From assembly GCA_964012805.1 (NCBI GenBank), contig CAXGUD010000001.1, forward strand, positions 160,001 to 224,000: 64,000 bases of DNA, read 5' to 3'. Each line of letters opens with the position of its first letter. Position 1 is the stretch's first letter. This document shows positions 1 to 9,142 of this stretch, in pieces. Under the pieces are notes generated by a model. The model did not search any database. It was not told the DNA's origin and worked only from the letters and a program-made list of their open reading frames with translations. The translations under genes and the position numbers were made by a program. Origin of the DNA: an uncultured Bacteriovoracaceae bacterium (GTDB lineage: Bacteria > Bdellovibrionota > Bacteriovoracia > Bacteriovoracales > Bacteriovoracaceae).

Positions 1-1
1 A

Positions 2-787
2 CCAAAGGCAAGGGAAGCAAAACAAGAACCGTTTGAAGCAGACTCTCCCGATTGCAAAATTGCACCAGAACATAAAAAGTTTACGGGCTTTGTTTTTAAA
101 ATTCAGGCAAATATGGATAAAAAACACCGAGATAGAGTTGCCTTTTTGAGGGTTTGCAGTGGTGTTTTTCAAAGAAACCAGAAAATTCATCATGTAAGGA
201 CAGGAAAAGATATCAAGATTTCTTCACCTCTAATCTTCCAAGCTCAAGATAGAGAAATAGCTGAAGAAGCCTACGCAGGAGATATTATAGGACTTCACGA
301 TAGCGGAAAATATCATATTGGTGATACTTTTACAGAAGGGGAAAAACTTCAGTTCACCGGCATCCCAAATTTTGCACCAGAAATATTTAGAAAAGTTACT
401 TTAAAAGATCCACTAAAAGGTAAACAATTAGATAAGGGTCTAAAACAACTGTCAGAAGAAGGGACAGTTCAATGTTTTACGAGACACACATCCCCTGAAA
501 AAATTCTTGGTGCTGTTGGGTCCCTTCAATTCGAGGTTGTTAAACACCGGCTAGAAGATGAGTATGGCGTACGAGGAGAATATGAAGGCTTTCCGTTTGT
601 GGGAATAAGATGGCTTAAATTCCAAAATGATCACCAAAAAAGTCAGTTCATTAGCATCAATGGTCATAATATCGCCTACGATGGAAAAAACAGACCTTGC
701 TTTTGTATAAGATCCGAGTGGGACCTCAAGCTTATTCAAGAGAAAAACCCGGAAGTAGAGTTCTTTAAAAACTCTGATTTTAGATAA
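2..787 (+). CDS. prfC: Peptide chain release factor 3, C-terminal part (5' truncated by window edge)
   Basis: FTGFVFKIQANMDKKHRDRVAFLRVCSG, AYAGDIIG, GIPNFAPE, QLSEEG, GAVGSLQFEV; frame open from position 2. Confidence 0.95.
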   Translation, partial: PKAREAKQEPFEADSPDCKIAPEHKKFTGFVFKIQANMDKKHRDRVAFLRVCSGVFQRNQKIHHVRTGKDIKISSPLIFQAQDREIAEEAYAGDIIGLHDSGKYHIGDTFTEGEKLQFTGIPNFAPEIFRKVTLKDPLKGKQLDKGLKQLSEEGTVQCFTRHTSPEKILGAVGSLQFEVVKHRLEDEYGVRGEYEGFPFVGIRWLKFQNDHQKSQFISINGHNIAYDGKNRPCFCIRSEWDLKLIQEKNPEVEFFKNSDFR

Positions 788-801
788 GGACCTAAGAAAG
801 A

Positions 802-1779
802 ATGCAAGAGTTAAACGAAACACAAGCAGCGGCTGACCACTCCAAGATGATCAAAAATAGGATTGGAAAAAATTGGAAAAAAATAAAAAAACAGACCACA
901 AAAAACAATTGGGAAGCCGTTAGAATTTATGACCGAGACATCCCTGAATATCCTTATATTATTGAAAAATATAAAGACCATTTCGTTGTTTGGGAAAAGG
1001 GCAAAGATAATTACGATTATAGAGAGAGGAATCAGTTTGTTCATCAGGCACTCAATAATATTTTTGAAATATCTGATCCACAAAAAATTATTTTTAAAAA
1101 AAGGCAAAAGCAAAAAGGCGTCGATCAATACGAAAGATTGGATGCCACCAATGACTCCCTTATCATTCAAGAAGGTTCTTTCTCCTTTAAAATTAACATT
1201 AAGGACTTTTTAGATACGGGTCTTTACCTAAACCACCGTCCTTTAAGGAGCTTGATTCATAATTTAGGTTCTAAAAAATCATTCCTTAATTTGTTTAGCT
1301 ATACTTCTTCAATGAGCGTTGCCGCGGCACTTGGTGGTGCGAAGACAACAAATGTTGACCTTTCTAACACTTACCTCAATTGGAGCCAGGATAACTTTAA
1401 GCTTAATGGTATCCCTCTAGACGCAGGGCACCATTCTTTCGTAAGGGAAACGGTTCCCCTTTATTTAAAAAAGGCAAAAGACAGAGGCGATTCTTTTGAT
1501 CTTATTTACTGTGATCCTCCAACATTCTCAAATTCAAAAAAAATGGATTTATCTTTCGATGTTCAGGAAGACCATACGTCCCTTATTGATGGGTGTATGA
1601 GCCTATTAAATGAAGGTGATCAAAATGCCCTTTATTTCTCTTGCCATAAAAAAGGCTTTAAAATTGATATAAACTCCCTACAAGAAAAGTATAAAATCGA
1701 AGATATAACGGCCTCTTCAGTACCAACTGACTTTAGGAATAAAAAAATTCATTTTCTCTTCAAAATTCAACATAGATGA
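802..1779 (+). CDS. Stand-alone RlmK-like (RlmKL C-terminal half) SAM-dependent rRNA methyltransferase
   Basis: RIYDRDIPEY, RQKQKGVDQYE, DTGLYLNHR, FLNLFSYT, VDLSNTYLNW, DPPTFSNSKKM. Confidence 0.85.
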   Translation: MQELNETQAAADHSKMIKNRIGKNWKKIKKQTTKNNWEAVRIYDRDIPEYPYIIEKYKDHFVVWEKGKDNYDYRERNQFVHQALNNIFEISDPQKIIFKKRQKQKGVDQYERLDATNDSLIIQEGSFSFKINIKDFLDTGLYLNHRPLRSLIHNLGSKKSFLNLFSYTSSMSVAAALGGAKTTNVDLSNTYLNWSQDNFKLNGIPLDAGHHSFVRETVPLYLKKAKDRGDSFDLIYCDPPTFSNSKKMDLSFDVQEDHTSLIDGCMSLLNEGDQNALYFSCHKKGFKIDINSLQEKYKIEDITASSVPTDFRNKKIHFLFKIQHR

Positions 1780-1831
1780 GATATACCTCACCACTTTAAT
1801 TAAATTCTCTCATTAGAAAGGGAAGGAAAAA

Positions 1832-3016
1832 GTGGAAAAGAAAAACAGTCAGAATGATTTATCCAAAAACTTAAAAGAAAAAATCAAAGGCCTTTTTAGA
1901 CCTATATTATTTCTTTATTGTACTTCTTTTATTGGAGCGCTTCTAATTTTAGGCCCTTCTGAGGTCAAGGCCTTTTCAGGGTGGGATAGAGGAAACTCTC
2001 CCAGCAAAATGAAGTTTTTTACCAGAAACACATTTAAGCTACTCCCCCTTAAAGGTTTTTTAAAAGAGCAACCCTGGAGTGGTGATTACTGGCCAACGCA
2101 TAAAGGAGGGGTAAGCTACCGATGGGCAAGCCCGGCGCGCATAGAAAAAAATAAGTGGATGTACAAAACCCCTGGAAAGGGAGTAGTTCCTAGAAACCTG
2201 TCTCCCATTGAAAAGTATGATCTATACCTTGGTAATAAAAACTTTGACCTCACGAATTTAGAAAGAGAAAGAACAGGAATTTTTACCGAAAGAAAAATTC
2301 CCGAGTGGGAAGGGCTTTGCCATTCATGGGCACCTGCGACTTTTCTGTATGAGAACCCACAAACAATTACAGTAGAATCCCCAGAGGGAAAAGAGATCAC
2401 TTTCTACTCTTCAGATATAAAGGCCCTTCTGACTTATCACCTTCATTTCAACGAAGCACCGAAAACAAAATTTCTAGGCAGCCGTTGTAACCTAGATTTC
2501 AGCGAACTTGAAAAAGAATATAAAAAAGGCCTAATTTCTAAAGAAGACTTAGACGCCTTGATGAGAAGGCCTGAATGTGAAGATACAAATGCGGGTGCCT
2601 TCCATGTTGTCCTAACAAACTTTGTTGGCCGCAAAAACCGAAGCTTTATTATTGATAAAACGAGGGACTTGGAAGTTTGGAATCAGCCTGTTTATGGTTA
2701 TGAATCTAAAATCCTTGAAGAAAGAAAAGGTGCTTCTGAAGGCTCACACCCAAGAACTCATAAAGAAATAACTCTGGAAACCGTTGTTTATTATATCGCT
2801 GAGGTTCCACAAACTTTTGACCTCTCTCTTAGCCAAGACTCTATCGAAGCAATAACCTTTACCTATACCCTGGAAATTGACTTTTTTGGAAGAATCATAG
2901 GTGGTTCATGGTTATCTTACGAGAGACCTGATTTTATATGGACTCAGAATAAACCAAGTTTCAAAGGCCCTTTTAAGGAGCTCAAAGGCCTTTACAACCT
3001 TTCCACAAGTTATTAA
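1832..3016 (+). CDS. Secreted transglutaminase-elicitor (GP42)-like protein
   Basis: N-terminal hydrophobic segment; PWSGDYWP, SPIEKYD, WEGLCHSWA, NAGAFHVVLTN, VWNQPV, RPDFIW motifs. Confidence 0.75.
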   Translation: MEKKNSQNDLSKNLKEKIKGLFRPILFLYCTSFIGALLILGPSEVKAFSGWDRGNSPSKMKFFTRNTFKLLPLKGFLKEQPWSGDYWPTHKGGVSYRWASPARIEKNKWMYKTPGKGVVPRNLSPIEKYDLYLGNKNFDLTNLERERTGIFTERKIPEWEGLCHSWAPATFLYENPQTITVESPEGKEITFYSSDIKALLTYHLHFNEAPKTKFLGSRCNLDFSELEKEYKKGLISKEDLDALMRRPECEDTNAGAFHVVLTNFVGRKNRSFIIDKTRDLEVWNQPVYGYESKILEERKGASEGSHPRTHKEITLETVVYYIAEVPQTFDLSLSQDSIEAITFTYTLEIDFFGRIIGGSWLSYERPDFIWTQNKPSFKGPFKELKGLYNLSTSY

Positions 3017-3041
3017 ATACCAAGTTTTAAATCATAAGTAA

Positions 3042-3086
3042 TTTGCATACCCTTAAGCTTTTTTAAGGCCTGTAAGGGTATGCAAA
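3042..3086. terminator. 14-bp perfect inverted repeat downstream of the TGase-like gene (terminator or mRNA-stabilising hairpin)
   Basis: tttgcataccctta (3042-3055) / taagggtatgcaaa (3073-3086). Confidence 0.6.
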
Positions 3087-3170
3087 ATATCGCTCATCTT
3101 TGTCTGGTATTTTTTTATAATTATTTTTCTTTTTCCTTATGTTATTTCGCTTTTTGCCGATCATCCAAGC

Positions 3171-3458
3171 ATGATAGTGAAAACCACAGAAATAAAAAAA
3201 GCCGCCAGAGAATCCAAAAAGCATGTCGAGACTTTTTTGGATAGAACTTGCTCACACAACCTCGAAACGATTGTTAAGGCCTCCAATGTTCTTGATGTCA
3301 TTTATACGAAATATAAAAAGCTTGATTATATTAATGACCTTTTTATTGAAAGAGAGGAATCCGGTCGTTGTTATTGGGTATGTGAAGAGCCTTCAGGAAA
3401 TATCGTAAGGGTTTTTATCGGGGAAACACACTTTGAGTGTGATGAACCAATCAATTAA
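3171..3458 (+). CDS. Small hypothetical protein
   Basis: 95-aa ORF filling the intergenic gap; no family recognised. Confidence 0.55.
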   Translation: MIVKTTEIKKAARESKKHVETFLDRTCSHNLETIVKASNVLDVIYTKYKKLDYINDLFIEREESGRCYWVCEEPSGNIVRVFIGETHFECDEPIN

Positions 3459-3470
3459 AAACCACCTTCT

Positions 3471-4280
3471 TTAAACCTCTACATGGTCTCCCTTTTTAAT
3501 TTTCTTAGCATTTGTATTGAAAGCACTTACACCAAACATAACTCCACCTTCAAAGGACCTATAAGAGTTAAGAACTTTTAGGGGTTCGATGTCTGACTTT
3601 TGCCCCTTCTCTTGATCGATAGTGACCATTATACAGCGGGAACACCTTTTAAAACTTTTAAGTCGGGCGTCACCTATATTATATTCGCTGAGTTCATCTT
3701 CGCTAAAAGCCTCCCCCCCACTTAAGACAATATTAGGCCTAAAGCGGTCCATGGTGAGAGTTTTTTTTAAGCGTTTATTTAAGTCAAAAAGGGATTCCTC
3801 TGAGATTACCAACAAGGGAGAGCTATCGACAAAGGACATACTGTGACCTTCATTTTGAGGAACCGGCCGTTTCCTATTTTGAGAAGTAAAAATCATACGG
3901 GCCTTTCTTTCTAAAAATTTAGTCAAAAATAACTCGGCTTCCTCCTCACAATATAGCCCTTGGACATTATCTCTCCAAACTTGGACATCCACCGACTTGT
4001 TATTTGTATAATCCTCTTCTTTCATGGAAAGCGATAAACGCATTTCTTCTTTTTCATCTTTACTTTGAAAAGAAAGGGTTAACTCTTTCTTTTCAAAGTT
4101 TATTTGAGTTTTTAAGGTGGACAAAATAGGACATTCTCTTTGGGTTAACATTTTATTTTCTCCGTCAATAACCATGAAACGCCTATCAAAGAGAGGGCCT
4201 AAGGAATCAAAATCCATTACATCAAGCTGGATCCCTTTGGCGGACTTTACTGGATAAATAAATAAACCTGAAACTATCAC
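3471..4280 (-). CDS. MOSC domain protein (YcbX/mARC-like)
   Basis: IYPVKS, DRRFMV, RFRPNIV, CSRCIMVTIDQ. Confidence 0.9.
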   Translation of the reverse strand: MIVSGLFIYPVKSAKGIQLDVMDFDSLGPLFDRRFMVIDGENKMLTQRECPILSTLKTQINFEKKELTLSFQSKDEKEEMRLSLSMKEEDYTNNKSVDVQVWRDNVQGLYCEEEAELFLTKFLERKARMIFTSQNRKRPVPQNEGHSMSFVDSSPLLVISEESLFDLNKRLKKTLTMDRFRPNIVLSGGEAFSEDELSEYNIGDARLKSFKRCSRCIMVTIDQEKGQKSDIEPLKVLNSYRSFEGGVMFGVSAFNTNAKKIKKGDHVEV

Positions 4281-4301
4281 AACCTTCCTTCTCTTAAAAA
4301 T

Positions 4302-6752
4302 TTAATAATCAACTTTTTTCAAAGATCTAATATAGCGGCTTGAAATAATTTTAAAAAGCAGTATCTCCCTATTTTGAACGATATCGTTAACCTTATAGCG
4401 GTAAATTTTTTTCATATAACTCTTATCTTCTTTGACTTCCTTCATTTCGGCAACCTTCCTCTCTCTCCTCATAGGAATCCTAAGACCCTGACTAACTGGT
4501 TTAAGACCTATCTTTCTTGATACCCTTGCCATTTGTCTTGATAAAGAAGTCTCTCTTATTGGCGCCCGGTCTCTCGCTAAAACACCGAAGGTTCTTCGGT
4601 TTACCCAATTTAGATTTTCAGGAGACATAATAGAATTCATAAACCTCCGGCCTATTTTATTTCCATTTTTCGGAAGTGGTGTTAGTCCTCTCCGTTTCCT
4701 CATTTTATTAATCATAGAAATCATTTTTTTGTTAATTTTTTTAAGTCTTGCTGCAGCTTTATTTAATGAATTTACATTGAGCTTGCTAGCAGTCCCAGGT
4801 GAATTTAAAACACTATTGGTACTACCGGCTAATGTTTTAGCAGTTGGCGCTAGAGCATTTCCTAAGCTTCCACTGGCCATAAAAAGACTCAGGGGAATTG
4901 AGTAGCAATCGTTAGTTGCCTGACACTTGCAATCTTTATCAACGTTTTTATTTTTGTCCTGACAGTACATTGAGGAATCCTCTTGGTTTGGGGCGGTTGA
5001 AACAGAGGGTACTGCTCCATTTAAAGGTGGGGTTGTCCCTTCATAATAATCCTGACAAACCTGAAGGTTTCCTCTTGATGGATGCTCTTTTCCACTTCCT
5101 GTATAACAGAACCGATCGACCTCCTCTTTTGACGTAAAGAAAAGCTCCCCTTCATATTCATCCATCTGGGCCAACATACTCCTCACTTTATCGATATTTT
5201 GTTCACTACTTTTAATTTGTTTCACGGCTTCAGATAGAAGAATACTTGCAAAGGTGAGAGACATACCACAAAGAATAGCAATTCCTGGTGAAGTTTGAAA
5301 GAAAGCGGCCACCTTCCCAAGACCCTTCCTCAACTGTGAAAGACCAGGCGCCGCTTGGGCCTCTGGAATGAAGAGAGAAAAAAGGTTATGGTTGAGAGTT
5401 CTTGCCATTTGAAGAAACTCTCTTACTTGATGGAGCCGCGGATCAGAGTCACTTTTTATTTTAAAATCAAGATCTCTTAAGTGGCTTGATAAAAGAGGAT
5501 CTAGCCTCCTTTGATTAAAATGACTCCATTTCTTTTCATTAAAAAACCATTTTTCCAATTTTCTTAAATCAACATTCGCTAACTCATCAGGTTCTACATG
5601 AAAAAGCGGATCTATCTTTTTAAAAGGTTTAACTTTTTCAAGCTCTTCTTTAGGTATTCTCAAAAAAGGAAGCCCTGTATCTATTTTCGATTTAACTCCT
5701 GACCAATCTTTCTTCTCATAGGTTGGAATTTTAAAAGGTTTTTTAGGTGGTGGCTTTGGCTTTGAAATTGTCGGTTTAGCTGTTGTGGTCGGTTTAGGAG
5801 TTGTTGTCGGTTTAGGAGTTGTTGTTGGTTTTGGAGCTGTTGTTGCTTGCTGCTTGGGTGTAAGTTTTATTTCAACATCGCGGTCAGTTCCATAGGACTT
5901 TGATTTATCGATATTAGTTTTTGACTTTACGTTTGAGTAATCGGTTTTTTTACCTTTGGCATGTTCACCATAGTCCTTACTTCCATCTTTTTTCAAGTAG
6001 TCTTGCTTTGGCTTTTGTTCCGCTTTCGAATCTGCTTTCGGTTCAGGCTTAGGCTCTTCTTTTGCTATGTCTTTATCTTGCTTTGGGGCGCCCACACAAG
6101 CATCGGCCACTCCAAAGGGGGTCATCTCATAAATGGCCATTGCTAGAGAAACACCATAAAGACCAGTACTTAAGGCATAAGCATTTCTTGAATGTTTAGA
6201 AACATGAATAACTACCTCTTGCTCCTTAATTAGAAATTCAAAAACGGCAGTTTGAGCTTTATCAGACTTTTTTGAAATATAAAGGTTTTCATAATCCTTC
6301 TTAACTTCACCTAGTTTTTTCTTGGAGTAGAAAGTGACAAAGAGCTGGCTTGCCATATCAACAAGTCCAGAGGCCATAAAGAGCTTTTGAGACTTACAAC
6401 TTTTCCCACCCGATTGTTTTGTCGCCACCATGTTGATAACCGTTAAGGCCATCCTTGCAGCAGTGATCAAATTTTTGGTAACTTCAGCTCCAGTCTTAAA
6501 CTCAGCTTCATCTCCTATCCCAGCTTCAGAAGCTCCAATCTCTTTTAAACAATCTCTTTTTTCTTCACGGGACTCAAGTTGGTTACATTCATCAGCTGAC
6601 ATTTGAATAAATTTACTTTCTTCTTGGGCGTAAATTGGCGGAAGTTGGACAATAACGAAGTTAAAAATGAACGCAAGTTTACAACTCTGACGAAAGAGTT
6701 TTTTGAAAAGAGAGGAGAATGGAGAAAAAATTTGTTTTACAAACATACCCAA
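4302..6752 (-). CDS. Large secreted/membrane Cys-containing hypothetical protein with Pro/Thr/Lys linker
   Basis: 816-aa ORF; signal-like N-terminus (…PPIYA|QEE), several hydrophobic helices, PKPTTT repeats, Cys cluster. Confidence 0.75.
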   Translation of the reverse strand: MGMFVKQIFSPFSSLFKKLFRQSCKLAFIFNFVIVQLPPIYAQEESKFIQMSADECNQLESREEKRDCLKEIGASEAGIGDEAEFKTGAEVTKNLITAARMALTVINMVATKQSGGKSCKSQKLFMASGLVDMASQLFVTFYSKKKLGEVKKDYENLYISKKSDKAQTAVFEFLIKEQEVVIHVSKHSRNAYALSTGLYGVSLAMAIYEMTPFGVADACVGAPKQDKDIAKEEPKPEPKADSKAEQKPKQDYLKKDGSKDYGEHAKGKKTDYSNVKSKTNIDKSKSYGTDRDVEIKLTPKQQATTAPKPTTTPKPTTTPKPTTTAKPTISKPKPPPKKPFKIPTYEKKDWSGVKSKIDTGLPFLRIPKEELEKVKPFKKIDPLFHVEPDELANVDLRKLEKWFFNEKKWSHFNQRRLDPLLSSHLRDLDFKIKSDSDPRLHQVREFLQMARTLNHNLFSLFIPEAQAAPGLSQLRKGLGKVAAFFQTSPGIAILCGMSLTFASILLSEAVKQIKSSEQNIDKVRSMLAQMDEYEGELFFTSKEEVDRFCYTGSGKEHPSRGNLQVCQDYYEGTTPPLNGAVPSVSTAPNQEDSSMYCQDKNKNVDKDCKCQATNDCYSIPLSLFMASGSLGNALAPTAKTLAGSTNSVLNSPGTASKLNVNSLNKAAARLKKINKKMISMINKMRKRRGLTPLPKNGNKIGRRFMNSIMSPENLNWVNRRTFGVLARDRAPIRETSLSRQMARVSRKIGLKPVSQGLRIPMRRERKVAEMKEVKEDKSYMKKIYRYKVNDIVQNREILLFKIISSRYIRSLKKVDY
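5770..5841 (-). repeat. Four imperfect 18-bp tandem units encoding (P/A)KPTTT
   Basis: gtcggtttaggagttgtt exact at 5788-5805 and 5806-5823, with degenerate copies on each side. Confidence 0.85.
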
Positions 6753-6952
6753 GCAAAAAAGTCCTTTATATTAGTCTATTTTATCGGACTAAACGGAGCT
6801 TTTCTGTATGGTATTCCTAATAAAAATGAGGACTTGCCTTAATTTAAATGCTTAATATCAAAAGGAACAAATGAATTTATTGACCTCCCCTAAATTGAGG
6901 TGCCTTTGAAAATTGGTTTATAAATAAAAATCATTGTTTTTAGAATATGGAA

Positions 6953-9091
6953 TTATCTACATAAAGCAAAACCGGCCCCTCCTGAAGTCCCTTTAGTAAT
7001 TTTGCAGCCGTAACCACGACCATCGAACTTCCCTCCAAGAATGGCTACAATATCCCACCTCCCTATCTCATTGCAGGCTTTTGACTTATCTTTTTCGATA
7101 TCAGCAACTGTTACTGCCTGCCTGCCTATACCTGCGCAGCACGCCCTAGCTTTATTAATGCCGCTTCCTGTCGAGCAACGGACTTGCTTAGATTTACTCC
7201 AATCAATAGAATCAGAGCATTTATTAGAAATACATTTTTTTGGAGGACTACATTCATCATTTTTGTTGCATTCAACACAAGTATTGCTTCCTGTTTTACA
7301 AAAATTTGTAGTGCTAGTTAAACATGGATGAATGAAGCCAGTATCCTCATTCATAAATGTTTCAATAGCCCCCTGACAAGAAGCATTTAAAACACAGTAA
7401 TTTTTTGACTCTAAGAGGCAGTCCTTGTAATTATTTTGTTTATTTTGAAGCTCAACTGGTGTTTCGCTTCCGGTAACACTAATGGAGCAAGGGTTTCCGG
7501 AGTAGGAACAATTTGTAAAAAGGTCACTTGGGCCAGAACCGGTATCACCGCCTTTATCTCCAGCGTCCCCTGTAACTGTAGGAATAGCACTACCGTCGTG
7601 GACAAATTGAACCTCTGTGCAAATTTTCCAATTTCCGTTTTCTTTGTAAAGTGGAGCTGCTCGAAAGGCCATATAATGCTTAGTATCACCATCCCACCAG
7701 TTCTGCCAAGCTTTAAAGCTTACTTCTTTGCTACAAACCATTTCTGGAAACTTTTTACAATTAAAACCAACAGCTCCACTTACACTTTCTGAGGAGAATA
7801 GAAAGTGCTCATCACTTTGGTCACAGGTAGGAATCGGGTAACAGCCTTTCTCATCATCCCATGCAAATGTATCGTTAAAAAAGGTGCTACAAATTTTTCT
7901 GGCAAAAACTTTAGCCATTGTTTCTTTGGTAAGACCGTCAGAAGCAATATCAGATAGGGCTCCCTCGACAAGTCTATCAACTGGATTAGCAATATCTGGG
8001 TCAAAAAGACTTTTTAGGTAATTATGAACCCATTCCCTTGTTGCGACATATCCCTCTTCTGCATCCTCATCCGACCTGCTTAAATTAAAATCATAAAGAT
8101 CTGCTTTATTGAAATTTTCAATTTTAATCCTCTTAAAAGACGTTTTCCAACTTAAGTTTTCAATAGCTGTCGATGAAAATTCAAAATACTTAGATCCATC
8201 AAACTCAAGCCTAAAAAAGGGCTGCCCCTGAGGAGAGAGGTCAAGATTAAATATATTTTTTTCTTTTGTGTATAAGGTTGCCAAAGTCCCTTTATTACCA
8301 AGGGTTAATTTTGGAGTGGTATCTTCAGGTTCACTTCCAGAATTTGAAATGATTAAATCACCTTTAGTCAATTGATCTTTTGATGTTATTAACTCTGTAA
8401 CGGACAAATCTCCAGTATGATTTTGACCATTTTCAGAATTTTTTTCTAAGATAACATTTCCTGTAGCTTCAAGTGCTGTCTCTTGATTATCCTCTTTACT
8501 CAGAACAATAGAACGACATCTTTTTAAGTCGCTAAAATCACCATCCAAAGTTTGGCACGCTCCTGAAAGGAAGGTGTCACGGTCAGACATGCAATCTTTG
8601 ATAGCGGCTTTCCCAGAGCTGGAGACAAGATTAAGAAAAATTGGAATCTTTCTCACAATTTGCATCGACCTCAAAGGCTCTATAGTGACTTCAAAGTCCG
8701 CCCTACCCTTTGTATAATTTTTGATTTTCATTTTTGAAATTTTAAATTTACTGCTGCCTACACCGTAAGTTTTACCTGCTTTTATCGAGTCTGCTTTTTT
8801 GAAGGAGTTTGTAAAATTAATAGCGTTTATATCATCGCCCTCTCCGTGAGGACTTTTTCCACTAAAGGTATCGTCACAAACCTTTTCATTATCCAGGACA
8901 GAACGAATCGTATCTAACATTTTAAAAATTTCAGTTTCCTGATTTATTTTTCTAGCGAGACCTCCAGAGTTTTCAGCGAATTGCATGACTCCCAAACTTA
9001 CTACACCAAGGATTCCTGCGGCAATAAGAACTTCTAGAATTGAAAATCCTTTTTCTTCTTTAAAATTAACTCTTTTTAAAAATGAGTTCAA
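6953..9091 (-). CDS. Giant prepilin-type N-terminal cleavage/methylation protein (paralog 3)
   Basis: EEKG|FSILEVLIAAGILGVVSLG class III signal with Glu+5; Cys-rich C-terminus. Confidence 0.85.
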   Translation of the reverse strand: MNSFLKRVNFKEEKGFSILEVLIAAGILGVVSLGVMQFAENSGGLARKINQETEIFKMLDTIRSVLDNEKVCDDTFSGKSPHGEGDDINAINFTNSFKKADSIKAGKTYGVGSSKFKISKMKIKNYTKGRADFEVTIEPLRSMQIVRKIPIFLNLVSSSGKAAIKDCMSDRDTFLSGACQTLDGDFSDLKRCRSIVLSKEDNQETALEATGNVILEKNSENGQNHTGDLSVTELITSKDQLTKGDLIISNSGSEPEDTTPKLTLGNKGTLATLYTKEKNIFNLDLSPQGQPFFRLEFDGSKYFEFSSTAIENLSWKTSFKRIKIENFNKADLYDFNLSRSDEDAEEGYVATREWVHNYLKSLFDPDIANPVDRLVEGALSDIASDGLTKETMAKVFARKICSTFFNDTFAWDDEKGCYPIPTCDQSDEHFLFSSESVSGAVGFNCKKFPEMVCSKEVSFKAWQNWWDGDTKHYMAFRAAPLYKENGNWKICTEVQFVHDGSAIPTVTGDAGDKGGDTGSGPSDLFTNCSYSGNPCSISVTGSETPVELQNKQNNYKDCLLESKNYCVLNASCQGAIETFMNEDTGFIHPCLTSTTNFCKTGSNTCVECNKNDECSPPKKCISNKCSDSIDWSKSKQVRCSTGSGINKARACCAGIGRQAVTVADIEKDKSKACNEIGRWDIVAILGGKFDGRGYGCKITKGTSGGAGFALCR

Positions 9092-9142
9092 ATCACATAC
9101 CCTTTAATTTTAATCAAAGTGGTCTCTTAAATAATCAACAAA

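Noticed and set aside
5770..5841. Short direct repeats as a CRISPR array
   Set aside because: In-frame 18-bp coding repeats with no spacers and no cas genes
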